Assembly (NCBI GenBank): GCA_963772725.1
Contig: CAVYYI010000003.1
Span: 768,001 to 832,000, forward strand
Length of the DNA: 64,000 nt
Direction: 5' to 3'
DNA from: an uncultured Phycisphaerales bacterium
GTDB taxonomy: Bacteria; Planctomycetota; Phycisphaerae; Sedimentisphaerales; Anaerobacaceae
Part shown: one piece after another, positions 31,768-44,440 of the stretch
Layout of the letters: every line of letters begins with the position of its first letter
How positions within the stretch are numbered: the stretch's first letter is position 1
Notes under the pieces: model-generated
What the model was told of the DNA's origin: nothing
Databases searched by the model: none
The model's input: only the letters and a program-made list of their open reading frames with translations
Translations under genes and position numbers: made by a program

Positions 31768-32025
31768 TCATAACGCCTTGTGTTTTGTGCAGAGAGGCGT
31801 TATCAGTACTGAAAAGGGCGAAAACAACATATATCATCTATAGGTAAGCTGCAGATTCACCGCGCCGTTGCGAATCCATGGTTTTAGCGGTTTTACCGGC
31901 AGGGGGGGTTCTTAACCCGAAATAGCGAATAACCATTTTACTTTCACTGTCCTTTTTGTTACAATCAACAGTTTGGATTATTGTCGCTTTTTGGAAAAGA
32001 CATAGAGAAGCAATAGTAAACTCGT

Positions 32026-34894
32026 ATGGCACAGGAAATAGAAAAGGTTATTGAGATTACCGGCGCGGCCGAGCATAACCTCAAAAATATAAATCTCACC
32101 ATCCCCCGAGATAAACTCGTGGTAATTACGGGCATCAGCGGTTCGGGCAAAAGCTCGCTGGCGTTCGATACCATTTACGCCGAAGGGCGGCGAAAATACG
32201 TCGAATCGCTCAGCTCTTATGCCCGGCAGTTCCTGGAGCAGATGCAAAAGCCCGCCGTGGGAAATATCACCGGCCTGCCGCCGACCATTGCGATTGAGCA
32301 GCGCAGCTCCAGCAGCAACCCGCGTTCAACGGTGGCGACCACGACGGAGATTTACGACTATTTCCGGCTTCTATTTGCCCGCGTCGGCCAGCCTCACTGC
32401 TGGGTATGCGGCAAAGAGATTTCCAGCCAGCACTCCTCGCAGATAGTCGATTCGATTATGTCACGCCCGAAGGAACAAAGATACAGATTTGCGCCCCGCT
32501 TGTCCGCGGCAAAAAGGGTGAGCATAAGGACATTCTTGATAAATATTATGCGGGAAGGTTTTGTGCGCGTGCGTGTCGACGGCGAGATTTACGACCTTAA
32601 AAATGTGCCGGCTCTGGATAAGAACAAAAAACACGATATCGCGGCGGTGGTAGATCGGCTTATCATTAAACAAGGAGTTAATATCCGTCTGGCCGATTCG
32701 ATTGAGACGGCGTTAAAACTGGCCGAGGGTGCGGTTTTAATATTGATCCAGGAGCCCAGCGGGGACAAGAAAAACGGCGGCAACGGTCACTGGGAGGAAA
32801 TTATATACAGCGAAAAGTTCGCCTGCCCTGAACATCCCGAGGCATCGCTCGAAGAATTGTCGCCGCGACTATTCAGCTTTAACAGTCCTTACGGGGCGTG
32901 CAAAAGCTGCGACGGACTTGGGAACGATTCTCGAATTTGACCCGGATTTAATTGTGCCGGACAAAAAAGTCTCGCTCGAAAACGGCGCGATCGACGCCTG
33001 GCGCAAAGGCGGCAAGCGGATGAACATCTATTACAACCGACTGATAAAGAGATTCTGCAGGAATATCGGCATCAGCAAGATCGATGCCTTTTGAGCAGAT
33101 ACCCGAAGAGATTAAAAGGGTGCTGATGAACGGCACAACGGATGAAGATGAAGATAAGTACGGCATAAGGTTCGAGGGCGTTATACCGAATCTTATGCGG
33201 ACGATGGAAAAACACCGCCAGCGAATACGTCAAGGCCAGGCTGCACGGTTTTCTTTCGGAGCAGCCCTGCCAGAGCTGCAACGGCACGAGGCTGCGGCCG
33301 GAGGCCGTCGCGGTAACTGTCGGCGATAAAAATATCATTCGAGCTGACATCTATGAGCATCGAAAATGCGCAGAAGTTTTTCGACAACCTCAAACTGGAC
33401 GAAGAAAAAACGCATGATCGCCGCCCAGATATTAAAGGAGATAAAGTCACGGCTTAAATTTATGCTCGACGTCGGGCTTGGCTACCTTACGCTTAACCGG
33501 ATGAGCAGTACACTATCCGGCGGCGAGGCGCAGCGGATACGGCTGGCCACACAGGTCGGCAGCGGCCTTGTCGGCTGTCTGCTATGTTCTCGACGAGCCG
33601 ACAATAGGTCTGCATAAACGGGACAACGACCGGCTCCTGGGTATTCTAAAGCGGCTTCGCGAAATCGGCAACACCGTCATTGTCGTCGAGCACGATGAAG
33701 ACGTTATAAAAGCCGCCGACCATATTATCGATATCGGCCCGGCAGGCCGGCGACCACGGCGGCGAATTAGTCGCGCAGGGCGACTATAACGCGATAGTCA
33801 ACTGCCAAGCGTCGCTTACCGGCCAGTATCTCAGCGGCAAAAAGAGAATCGAACTGCCAGAGCAAAGGCGAAAATACAACCTTAGAAGATGCATCGAAGT
33901 CAAAGGAGCCGCAGAAAACAATCTCAAAAATATCGATGTGAAATTTCCGCTGGGTGTTTTCATCTGCGTAACCGGCGTTTCCGGTTCGGGCAAAAGCACG
34001 CTGGTTACGCAGATTCTTCTTCGGGCATTGAAACGCCGCCTTTATGACTCGCGCGAAAAACCCGGCAAACATAAAAATATTCTCGGCACATCGCAGGTCG
34101 ATAAGGTTATTGAGATCGACCAGTCGCCGATAGGCAAAACTCCGCGAAGCAATCCTGCCACTTATACGGGCGTCTTCGACGTGATACGAAAACTCTTTTC
34201 CATGACTCGCGAGGCGAAGATTCGCGGCTACAAACCCGGACGCTTCAGCTTCAATGTCAAAGGCGGCCGATGCGAATACTGCCAGGGTCAGGGCACAAAA
34301 AAAATCGAGATGCATTTTCTGCCCGATGTCTATGTTACCTGCCAGCAATGCAAAGGCAGCCGGTATAACCCCGAAACGCTGCAGATTACCTACAAGGGCA
34401 AAAATATCGCCGATGTGCTGGATATGCGGATTGAGGAGGCCCTGGACTTTTTCGCGAATTTCCCGACGATAATGCGCTTCCTCAAAACTCTCAACGACGT
34501 GGGACTGGGCTATATGCAGCTCGGCCAGTCCTCCACGACGCTGTCAGGCGGCGAGGCTCAGCGTATCAAACTCGCCGCCGAACTGGGCAAAACCGCCACC
34601 GGGCATACGCTGTACCTTCTCGATGAGCCGACGACCGGCCTGCATTTTGCCGATATTCACAATCTTCTCAACGTCCTGCAGCGGCTCTGCGATATGGGCA
34701 ACACAGTAGTCGTCATCGAGCATAATCTCGACGTCATTAAAATGGCCGATTACATAATCGACCTGGGCCCCGAAGGCGGCGACGCCGGCGGCCAAATCGT
34801 CGCCGCAGGCTCACCAGAAGAAATTATAAAAAACCAAAACAGCTACACCGCCAAATACCTGAAATCCAAACTCGCCGAAGACTCCATAACATAA
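32026..34894 (+). CDS. uvrA: Excinuclease ABC subunit A, broken by multiple frameshifts
   Basis: [32 protein letters not shown] (twice), DEPTIGLH and GVSGSGKST spread over several frames. Confidence 0.93.
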
Positions 34895-35173
34895 TTTCCT
34901 GTCGCCGTCACCGGTTTAGCCCCCACCCCCGCGGTGGGGGCCTAACGACCAACAACAAACTTCCCACTGGACAGACCAAATGCCCAATGTTAAACTTATG
35001 TTGTGAGATTTAAGAGATGTAAAGTAGGTGCGGAAATCTCAACATCATTTAAGGAAATATAAAGCTATGGCATCGATATTCAAATATAGGAAAATTATTC
35101 TAATCTCCATGGTGGTGCTGTAAATTTAGCCACAGAAAGCACAGAGAAAATAAGATAAGGAAGGATTTTATAA

Positions 35174-35710
35174 ATGGACAAAAATCTTGAGATTTCTATT
35201 CAGACTCAGCAAAAGTTCGAGTTCTATTTTCTTGCGCTCGTATTCACCGTTCTTGGTCTATCCATCCAGACTTCTCATTTCTCAACAAAGATTCAGGCTG
35301 CCTTTGAAATAGGGGCATGGCTGTCCCTCTTGGTGTCAGGACTTGCAGGATTGTCTAGGATGGAATGGATACCTGTCAGCTATAAAAGTTACAGTGAATT
35401 AAAAGAAGAAAAGGTCTTTATTAGCGAAGCTAAAACTGGCAGGTTGCTTAAAGATGAGGAATCAGGCAAAATATTATCTGATGTTGAAGCAATGGAGATG
35501 ATACAGCATGTAGCAGATCGAATAAAGGAAAGAACCAAGAAGATGGGGGAAATAGAGCATCGTCACAATATCAAATCTTTTCTTCATAAATGGTTATTTG
35601 TGGCCCGGGCTCGCCCTGCTCATTATATCTCGGGCGGTCAATCTCTGCTCATCTGCGTCTATTTCTACTGGATAGGCAAAGCAAGCAATACGGTAATGGC
35701 GGTGAATTAG
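35174..35710 (+). CDS. Hypothetical membrane protein (3' end probably frameshifted near 35605)
   Basis: Two N-terminal TM helices; an alternative frame gives a third (GLALLIISR). Confidence 0.6.
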   Translation: MDKNLEISIQTQQKFEFYFLALVFTVLGLSIQTSHFSTKIQAAFEIGAWLSLLVSGLAGLSRMEWIPVSYKSYSELKEEKVFISEAKTGRLLKDEESGKILSDVEAMEMIQHVADRIKERTKKMGEIEHRHNIKSFLHKWLFVARARPAHYISGGQSLLICVYFYWIGKASNTVMAVN

Positions 35711-35716
35711 TGAAAG

Positions 35717-36409
35717 TTGAAAATTATGAATATTAAAAAGTTATTTGACACGTGTCGATTTCCTCGGTTCGGCTATTTCTATGTTGTTTTGAATAGTATT
35801 GGGGGCGCTTATAGTGGCCTGTTAGATAGTCTGAAAGCTTATAATTCTAACAACAAGCCTTTTTGGATGATTCCGCTTGCAATTGTTATTTATGCTATTT
35901 CGTGCCTTATAGGTGGGTACTGTTTTTACCGAATTTTAGACATGCTTGTTTTGCGATATATACCGTATAGACAAACCAAGTTGCAATTGAATATGAGAAA
36001 AAGCCGGACCGAAGAAAAAAACAAAACAGCATCATCAATTATTCGTTGGATTTTAGTTGTCCCAGGCTCTCTTGTAATATCATTGGGCTTAGGTCTTTTA
36101 ATCGCATTGATTAACACAGGAATTGGATTAAAACTGCCAGTCAGGCAATTTATAAATAATGGAATTCTGTTTTATTTTTTTGTCTTTTTTGCCGCAAAAA
36201 TTGCACCGGAATACAAAACTGAAACAGCATTAATTCTGTCTATTTTGGCCTTACTGTTGATTATTGTTTTGTCGGTTTTGGCTACCGAGGAGTACATGGA
36301 TTTAGTATACAACATTTCGGGAGCAATCGGAGCAGTTTTAGGCTTTGTCCAAGTAGTACGCAAGTACGGATTTAAATACCCAGTGAAAGAATCCGGAGCG
36401 CGTCCCTGA
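35717..36409 (+). CDS. Hypothetical multi-pass membrane protein
   Basis: 230-aa hydrophobic ORF. Confidence 0.6.
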   Translation: MKIMNIKKLFDTCRFPRFGYFYVVLNSIGGAYSGLLDSLKAYNSNNKPFWMIPLAIVIYAISCLIGGYCFYRILDMLVLRYIPYRQTKLQLNMRKSRTEEKNKTASSIIRWILVVPGSLVISLGLGLLIALINTGIGLKLPVRQFINNGILFYFFVFFAAKIAPEYKTETALILSILALLLIIVLSVLATEEYMDLVYNISGAIGAVLGFVQVVRKYGFKYPVKESGARP

Positions 36410-36534
36410 AATATGGGAACACCCTACCGGTGAAATAGAGGTCGGCCCTGTCGGCTTACTCCATGGCTATAGAAAAAAAGCGAAACAAAAGGGAAAAGGC
36501 AGGGAAGCGTGTTTTTGGCCTAAAAACAGGCATT

Positions 36535-36643
36535 GTCGGCTTACTCTGCGACAAAGTCGGTTAACTCCGAGGCAGAGTCAGCGTACTCCGTGACAAAGTA
36601 AGCGTGACCTGTGACAAAGTAAGTTAACCCTATGGTAAAGTAA
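36535..36643. repeat. Degenerate 21-bp tandem repeat, five units (extra unit near 36450)
   Basis: gtcggcttactctgcgacaaa / gtcggttaactccgaggcaga / gtcagcgtactccgtgacaaa / gtaagcgtgacctgtgacaaa / gtaagttaaccctatggtaaa. Confidence 0.8.
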
Positions 36644-36710
36644 ATGAGTGCAACCACAAAAAGACACAGGTGGTTGGATAATAAGGGATACAATTTATTA
36701 ACGGAATATT

Positions 36711-37778
<1,068 letters not shown>

Positions 37779-37857
37779 CCAACATTTATTTGTATCTCGT
37801 ATCTCGTGAAGCGTATCTCGAAAAACGCTTCACGCTTCATGAACGGCGCCTCACGAT

Positions 37858-38123
37858 TTAATTGACCGCGATGACCTCTTTGACGCCGGGAACGTTCTCT
37901 TTGAGCAGACGTTCGACGCCCATTTTGAGAGTCATTCTCGCGCCGGGACAGCCTGAGCAGTGCCCTGGAGCCGCACTTTAACCGAATTATCCTCTTCCAC
38001 GCCTATCAATTCAATATCGCCACCATGTGCCTGAAGATTAGGCCTGATGGCATCGATTATTTCAGCAACCTTTTCCTTGAAAGTCTTTTCGTCGCTGCCG
38101 CCACAGCCGCATTTATCACACAT
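37858..38123 (-). CDS. NifU/NfuA C-terminal-domain protein (frameshift near 37963)
   Basis: IRPNLQAHGGDIEL; the shifted frame gives CSGCPGARMTLKMGVERLLKE. Confidence 0.88.
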
Positions 38124-38240
38124 ACTAAGTCTCCTTAAAGATTTATTCTTAATTAAGAATAATACGAATTATACCAAAAATTTGTTTTAGCGGCAAGAAT
38201 TGATTGCCCTTAATAAAAAATGCGATAAAAATGGTCTGAA

Positions 38241-40153
38241 CTAAGTCTGCTTAAGATATCTCGTATTTTCGCGGCGTCTTGTGAGGCCGATGCGGTCGAA
38301 ATAATCGAGAAGCGGCAGCGCGAATTTTCTCGTCGTATCGAGAAGATACTTGAACTTGACACTTTCGAGTTTTCCCTCCTTCGTGATAAACGAAATCAGC
38401 ATCTGCCTGGCTTTTTCGACGGCCTGGACGTGAAAGAATAGCTCTTTCTCGACTTCGATAATGTTTTTCTGCTCTGACAGTATGCGTATAATTCTGTGGA
38501 CTTTTTCGGGTGAGGCGCGGGTATATTCGACAAGTTCCTCGTATTGCGGCGGATTAAACAGCCGGGTGAGAAACAGGTCTTCTGTTTTTTTCAGCAGATT
38601 TTGTTCCTCATCGCTGAAAGTCTGATGATGCTGCGGCAGGGTGAGGCGGTCTTTTCTATCAGCAAGTTTATTTTCGCTAATCATTCGTTGGACGATATTG
38701 TCGGAAACCTCTTTTTTTAGATGCGCGGTTTCGTAAAGCTCTTTTGCGTCGATGCCGGGACTTTCGGGTTTGTCGCGGTGATAGGCGGCGACTATTTCGA
38801 GTATTCGAGCCTGTACCAGCGGAATGATTTCGCTGTGCAGGTAGAGTTTTGAAGTCAGCTCAATGATTTTATTCTGCCGGGCAAGTTCGGCAAAAATATC
38901 GGCGAGCGGTTTGGAGGCTGTCTTTGTACGGATTGAAAGTTCGGCTTCGCGGGCGCCCTGGCCTTTCGCGGCCTTTACACAGTATTCGACAAAATCTTTA
39001 TCGTTAAGCACCGCCTGTGCCCGCTGCGCGCATCGTCAACGACACCGGGTTCTGTTCGGCGAAGTTTATTAGACAGCGACTCGACAATCATACCGCCTGC
39101 GATGGTGTTGGTCGGCGAGAGCGAGCGTATGATAAATCTGTCACGAGGTCCGGCGACAACCGGCTCATTTAGTCGAAACTGAACAAGTCCCTGCTGACCC
39201 GGCGAAAGAGTGTTACCCTCGAGCAGGTACGCGACGGTGGTAACTTCGGATGTTCCGGTGTGGAATTTTACACTCATCCCGGTTTTAAGAGGTGCAGCTT
39301 CGCCGTTTAGCATACGCAGATTGCAAAGATACCACTGCCCAGGCGAAAAAAAGTCGCCCTGCGCGATTACGTCGCCGCGTTTAATTGTGCTGTAATCCCA
39401 CTGGGGGACATTAATAGCGGTACACTGGCCGGAAAGGACGGTATCGCTGTTTCTCTTGTAGACCTGTATTGCTCTTATTTTTCCTTTGCTGCCGGAGGGG
39501 AACAAGGTGAGTTCATCGCCGATTTTCGCAGAGCCGCAGACCGCGATGCCTGTAACGACCGTGCCGTAGCCTTTTACCGAAAATGTTCGCTCAATCGGCA
39601 TCCGGAATATTCCGTCGATTTTTTTTGGTTCGATTCTGCTGATGAGGCTTTCAAGCTCCTCGCACAGCCGGTCGAAGCCCTGGCCGGTAATATTTGAGAC
39701 AGGCACAATCACGGCGTTTTCGAGAAACGTGCCGGCGACGAAATTGCGAATCTCCGCTGTTACCGTTTCGATGCGCTCCTGAGTTACGCAGTCGGCTTTT
39801 GTTAAAGCGATAAGACCATATTTGACATCCAGAAGGGTAAGTATATCGAGATGTTCGCGGCTCTGAGGCATGACGCCATCGTCTGCGGCAATCACAAATA
39901 TAACGCCGTCGATGCCGCTGGCGCCGGCGACCATTGTCTTTATGAATTTTTCGTGGCCGGGCACATCGACAATCCCAACTTCCAGGCCGCTGACCATACA
40001 GGGAGCAAAACCCAGTTCGATGGACATTCCGCGTTCCTTTTCGATTTTCAGCCGGTCGGTGTCGCAGCCGGTCAGACATTTTACAAGCGCGGTTTTGCCA
40101 TGGTCGATATGACCCGCGGTGCCCAGTGTGATATTGGTTTGTGTCCTGCTCAT
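38241..40153 (-). CDS. selB: Selenocysteine-specific elongation factor (frameshift near 39025)
   Basis: GTAGHIDHGKT, DVPGHE, and the C-terminal winged helix TTRKFALPLLDYFDR. Confidence 0.93.
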
Positions 40154-40251
40154 AATAGCGTACAGCGTACTGCGTGGAGCGTATAGCGTTTAAGATTAAT
40201 ATTTTTGTGTTTTTTCGTGTTCATTCATGGTTAAAGAGTTCTTTTCTTATT

Positions 40252-41658
40252 TTAACTGAGGATTCGCAGCAGCGCCTCGACGATAATCGCGTCTTCTCCG
40301 TCAAGCAGGGTGCGCGGGTCTATTAGTACCCTGTCGTTCTGGATACGCGAGAGAACAGGTGGATTATTTAGGCGAAGCTGCTTAGCGAGGTTTTCAGCGT
40401 CGATTTTGCGTGGAAGTATCGCGACGAGCGTTGTGGCGAGATTTTGCGTCGGAAGTGAACCACTTCCCATTTGTGAACAGCCGCTGACCGTTGAAATTTC
40501 CGCGGCGGTAATTTTTTTCTTCAGCCGCGACATAATCTGTTCAGCCTGCGCGGTTATATCAGAAAGTTTCTTCATCGCCAATTTAAGAGTGGGGATCTCG
40601 TTGATCGCAATATTTTCATCGAGGAACAGTTTCAGTGTCGCGTTGAGAACCGCCAGGGTCATTTTGCCGGGACGGAGAATTCTGGCAAACTGATTTTTAC
40701 GAACGGCGTTTATTAATTTTGTCTTACCGAGAATGATACCGGCCTGCGACGCGCCGATTAGTTTATCCGCGCTTGATGTAACTATGTCAGCCCCATTACG
40801 AATTGATTCAATCAGTGTTGGTTCCGGCTCGAAACCGAATCGGCTGAAATCTATCAACGCTCCTGCGCCGACATCGTCAATCATAATCAGATTTCGGCGA
40901 TGCGCGATATCGGCAAGCACCTCTGTTGGAACATCCTCGGTAAATCCCTCGATTTTATAATTGCTCGGATGGACACGCATAATCGCGGCGGTATTTTCAG
41001 TAATCGCGTTTTCGTAATCTGCTCGATGCGTTTTGTTGGTCGTGCCGACCTCGACGAGTTTCGCGCCGCTAAAGGCCATAACATCGGGCAGGCGGAAGGA
41101 GCCGCCAATCTCGACGAGCTGGCCGCGGGAAACTATCACTTCTTTGCCTTTAGCGACGGTATTTAATACGATAGCTGTCGCGGCGGCGTTATTATTGACA
41201 ACTGTGGCGGCCTCTGCGCCGGTGAGCAGATGCAGCAGTGTTTCGATATGCTCATCGCGACGTGAACGTTTACCAGTTTCGGTATCTACCTGCAGCAGCG
41301 AATATCCGCTTAAATGTTCCTGAATTTGTTCTATCGCCTGCATAGGCAGGACCGCTCTGCCAAGGCCGGTATGAAGAATAATGCCCGTAGCGTTAATAGC
41401 CTTACGGTAATAAGGAGACATAATAGCACTAATTTGTGCTTTAGCATTATTAATGATTCTTTGACAAATTTCGTTTTCATCTGCTTGCGGTATCTCGCCT
41501 GCGATAAGAAGCTCACGGACTTTGTCGATTGAACGGCGGATAGAGTAAACAACAGCTGCCCTTGGCGTTTTAGCCTCGCAATCGGCAAAGGCTGGGTCTT
41601 TCAGCAGGACATCAACTGAGGGCAGTTTTCGTAATAATTCCTGGTTTAATTCGGCCAT
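40252..41658 (-). CDS. selA: L-seryl-tRNA(Sec) selenium transferase
   Basis: INATGIILHTGLGRA, VNNNAAA, SRGQLVEIGGSFR, EVGTTN, VHPSNY and SADKLIG. Confidence 0.95.
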   Translation of the reverse strand: MAELNQELLRKLPSVDVLLKDPAFADCEAKTPRAAVVYSIRRSIDKVRELLIAGEIPQADENEICQRIINNAKAQISAIMSPYYRKAINATGIILHTGLGRAVLPMQAIEQIQEHLSGYSLLQVDTETGKRSRRDEHIETLLHLLTGAEAATVVNNNAAATAIVLNTVAKGKEVIVSRGQLVEIGGSFRLPDVMAFSGAKLVEVGTTNKTHRADYENAITENTAAIMRVHPSNYKIEGFTEDVPTEVLADIAHRRNLIMIDDVGAGALIDFSRFGFEPEPTLIESIRNGADIVTSSADKLIGASQAGIILGKTKLINAVRKNQFARILRPGKMTLAVLNATLKLFLDENIAINEIPTLKLAMKKLSDITAQAEQIMSRLKKKITAAEISTVSGCSQMGSGSLPTQNLATTLVAILPRKIDAENLAKQLRLNNPPVLSRIQNDRVLIDPRTLLDGEDAIIVEALLRILS

Positions 41659-41874
41659 ACAAAGTCCCTTTCTTTGCCACTTTGTGTCTTTTTGGGAAAT
41701 TATACCGTTTTTTTCCCGCCAAGACGCTAAGATTTTTTAGCCACAGAGGACACAGAGAAATAATTTTTCAGACACTGATTAACACTGTTTTAAATTTACT
41801 TCTCGCGGTCAAATTATATATAAAATTTGACATAAAATCAATCATCATTGGAAAATATTATGGGAAAATATTAA

Positions 41875-42075
41875 TTGGTATTGAATATGCTTGCTGAAGC
41901 ATCAACAACAGAAATATCCAAAAAGAAGAAACCGAAAGGGCTGGAACATAATAAACAAATTGCCAAAGAAGGAGGATTTGCGGCTAAGAAGGCGAGATTA
42001 GAAATAGAAAAACAAACGGGCGAAAGTGTTATCACCGCCAAAAGTTCAAAAAGTTTGCACGCAGCAAAAAAATAT
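41875..42075 (+). pseudogene. C-terminal fragment of a Bro-N/DinD-like protein
   Basis: LNMLAEASTTEISK...AKEGG...ARLEIEKQTG with no N-terminus. Confidence 0.6.
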
Positions 42076-42103
42076 CTTTACCTGATAAAATGGATAAATA
42101 ACT

Positions 42104-42275
42104 GTGGCAATTCAGATATTATCAAATCTTAATTATCCGATTGGTAATATAATCAACCAAGAGATGCAAAATACCCAAACTGCAAGAATGGCTGTCGCCT
42201 TTTTAAAATATTCGGGATTGAAGGTTATTGAACAATCTATGGGGAAATGTCTGCGAAATAATGGCAACATTGCGG
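42104..42275 (+). pseudogene. N-terminal fragment of a PLD-domain (restriction-like) nuclease
   Basis: MAVAFLKYSGLK motif; resemblance is lost after about 56 aa and there is no HxK motif. Confidence 0.5.
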
Positions 42276-42487
42276 CGAGGACGTATAAAGGAAATCCGGG
42301 GACAGCTACAATCCTGTTCGGCATGGCATTTGCGGTTAGGAAATACAGTATAATAAAATGATTGTCGATTAAACTCCCTCGGGAATGCATAAATCCCAAA
42401 ATCGGATACCTGCTTTGGCGGGTATGGCAGGTAATAAAGTCCGCGGATAAACCGCGGGGCTTTCGGTTTTATTGTGTTTATTCGTAG

Positions 42488-43468
42488 TTAATATTTATAT
42501 CTTTCAAGTGCGCTCTTGATTATCTCACCAATAAGTTCCGGGTAGCTCATCCCCTCCTGAGTGGCAATCATCGGCAGGTCTGAATGTGTCGGATGAAGAC
42601 CAGGCAGCGGATTGACTTCAAGAAAACTCGGTTGGCCCTGCGCGTCAAGGCGAATGTCCACACGGCCGGCGTCCCTGCATTGCAGACCGACGTAAGACTT
42701 AACCGCCAAATCATTTAATTGCCCGCTCAAAGGCCCGGCATACCGTGAATACCTCACGACCTTTTCACAGTTTTCTTTCGCCTCGTACGAATAGATACCC
42801 TTGTCGTCCTCGAGCATCTCAATTTCCATTATCCCCAGTGCCCTGGCGTTCGAGCCGGTTCCCAGAACGCCGACAGTAAACTCTCTGCCGGGCAAAAATT
42901 CCTCAACCAGGACAGGCTGAGCGTAACAATCCAGCAGGTATTTACTTGCCTTTTCGAGCTGGGCTGGAGTCTCAATCAGGGAGATGCTGCTTATGCCTTT
43001 TCCGGTTCCTTCGGCTATCGGTTTTGCGAAGAGCGGATATTTGAGCTTGACCTGCTTTACCTGCGACAAATCCTCAATGACGCTGAAATCCGGCGTCGGC
43101 AGGCCGTACGACCGCACGAGCTTTTTGGCGATGCCTTTATCCAGTGTTACCGCGCAAACAAGGGGGTCGGAAAACGTGTACCCGATTCCATAAGCTTCGA
43201 GCAGGCAGGGAACCTGCGACTCGCGGCAGCGGCCGTCAAGCCCTTCTGCGATATTAAACACCAAATCCCATCGCTGCTTATCCACGAACCTTTTGCACAA
43301 CTCGCGAATATTGCCGATTCGTTCGGTTTTGTAACCCAGCGACGAAATTGTATTATAAAGCGAGTCGATAGTCTCCTGCGAATCGAACTCCGCGACGTCT
43401 TCTTCCTTATAGCCCTGGGCCAGGTAATCTTTTCTCAGGTCGTAAACGAGACCGATTTTTATGTCCAT
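42488..43468 (-). CDS. D-Ala-D-Ala-ligase-like ATP-grasp protein
   Basis: VFNIAEG, KPIAEGTGKGI, EEFLPGREFTVG and LEVNPLPGL; N-terminus IGLVYDLR is atypical of canonical Ddl. Confidence 0.8.
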   Translation of the reverse strand: MDIKIGLVYDLRKDYLAQGYKEEDVAEFDSQETIDSLYNTISSLGYKTERIGNIRELCKRFVDKQRWDLVFNIAEGLDGRCRESQVPCLLEAYGIGYTFSDPLVCAVTLDKGIAKKLVRSYGLPTPDFSVIEDLSQVKQVKLKYPLFAKPIAEGTGKGISSISLIETPAQLEKASKYLLDCYAQPVLVEEFLPGREFTVGVLGTGSNARALGIMEIEMLEDDKGIYSYEAKENCEKVVRYSRYAGPLSGQLNDLAVKSYVGLQCRDAGRVDIRLDAQGQPSFLEVNPLPGLHPTHSDLPMIATQEGMSYPELIGEIIKSALERYKY

Positions 43469-43651
43469 TTCTTAATTTTTCCAAAAAAACTGCAAATTCA
43501 AGCCGCTAATATTTAACAGCTTTTACAAAAATCTCAAGATAAAACTTTTTTTCACCCCAAAAGACAGATGCACCGGTGAGACGGATTTTTGCTTGATATT
43601 TCGCAGGCGGGGATATATGCTCTTTGAAGGTTTTTGTTGGAGCGATGAATT

Positions 43652-44416
43652 ATGCGTGCAACAGTAATTGGATTAATTGCATTTCTTTGTGTTCTTGGAG
43701 GGACAGCCATTGGCTTGCTGCTTCGCCATATCCTGCCCGACCACCATCTTACCAGCGATTCAAGGGGTGCGGTGCAGATGGGATCGGGTTTGATAGCGAC
43801 ACTTAGTGCACTTGTATTGGGTCTTTTGGTCAGTTCGGCAAAGAGTTCTTTCGACCAGATGAGTTCAGAGATAACGCAAAGCAGCGCAAATGTTATCGTA
43901 CTCGACCGCACGATGGCCCGCTATGGACCTGAAACTCAGCCGATACGCCAGATTCTTCGCCGCTCGGTTATTGCCGGCATAAAGCTGATATGGCCTGACA
44001 ATAAAACAAATGTAGATGGAAAGGACATCTTTGAAAAGATGCCGCCTACTATGGAACTTGTTTCAGAAAAGCTGCGGGAACTGACTCCGCAAAACGATTC
44101 GCAGCGGGCATTTCAATCTGAAGCGCTGCAGCTATGCAGGGAAATACTGCAAACACGCTGGCTGATGATAGAGCAGTCGCAGACGTCGCTGCCGATTACA
44201 TTTCTTGTGGTGCTGTTGTTTTGGCTCACTATCCTTTTCGCCAGTATCGGGCTTTTTGCGCCGCCCAATAAAACGGTTCTGACAGTCTTGATAGTTTGTG
44301 CGATTTCGGTCGGCGGTGCGATATTCCTGATCGAGGAGATGAATAGTCCGCTCCAGGGAATTGTGAAAGTTTCCAACGCTCCGCTCATCAAGGCCATTGA
44401 ACATATAGGCAGGTGA
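43652..44416 (+). CDS. DUF4239/bestrophin-like membrane protein
   Basis: IATLSALVLGLLVSSAKSSFD, LDRTMARYG and IFLIEEMNSP. Confidence 0.7.
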   Translation: MRATVIGLIAFLCVLGGTAIGLLLRHILPDHHLTSDSRGAVQMGSGLIATLSALVLGLLVSSAKSSFDQMSSEITQSSANVIVLDRTMARYGPETQPIRQILRRSVIAGIKLIWPDNKTNVDGKDIFEKMPPTMELVSEKLRELTPQNDSQRAFQSEALQLCREILQTRWLMIEQSQTSLPITFLVVLLFWLTILFASIGLFAPPNKTVLTVLIVCAISVGGAIFLIEEMNSPLQGIVKVSNAPLIKAIEHIGR

Positions 44417-44440
44417 TAGAAGGCGAGGGGGAAATTGAAA

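Noticed and set aside
32026..34894. uvrA as split genes or programmed frameshifting
   Set aside because: Many scattered indels with conserved sequence on each side, the same pattern as elsewhere in the window; most likely sequencing error.
36535..36643. 21-bp repeats as a CRISPR array
   Set aside because: Units are contiguous and degenerate with no spacers, and no cas genes are present.
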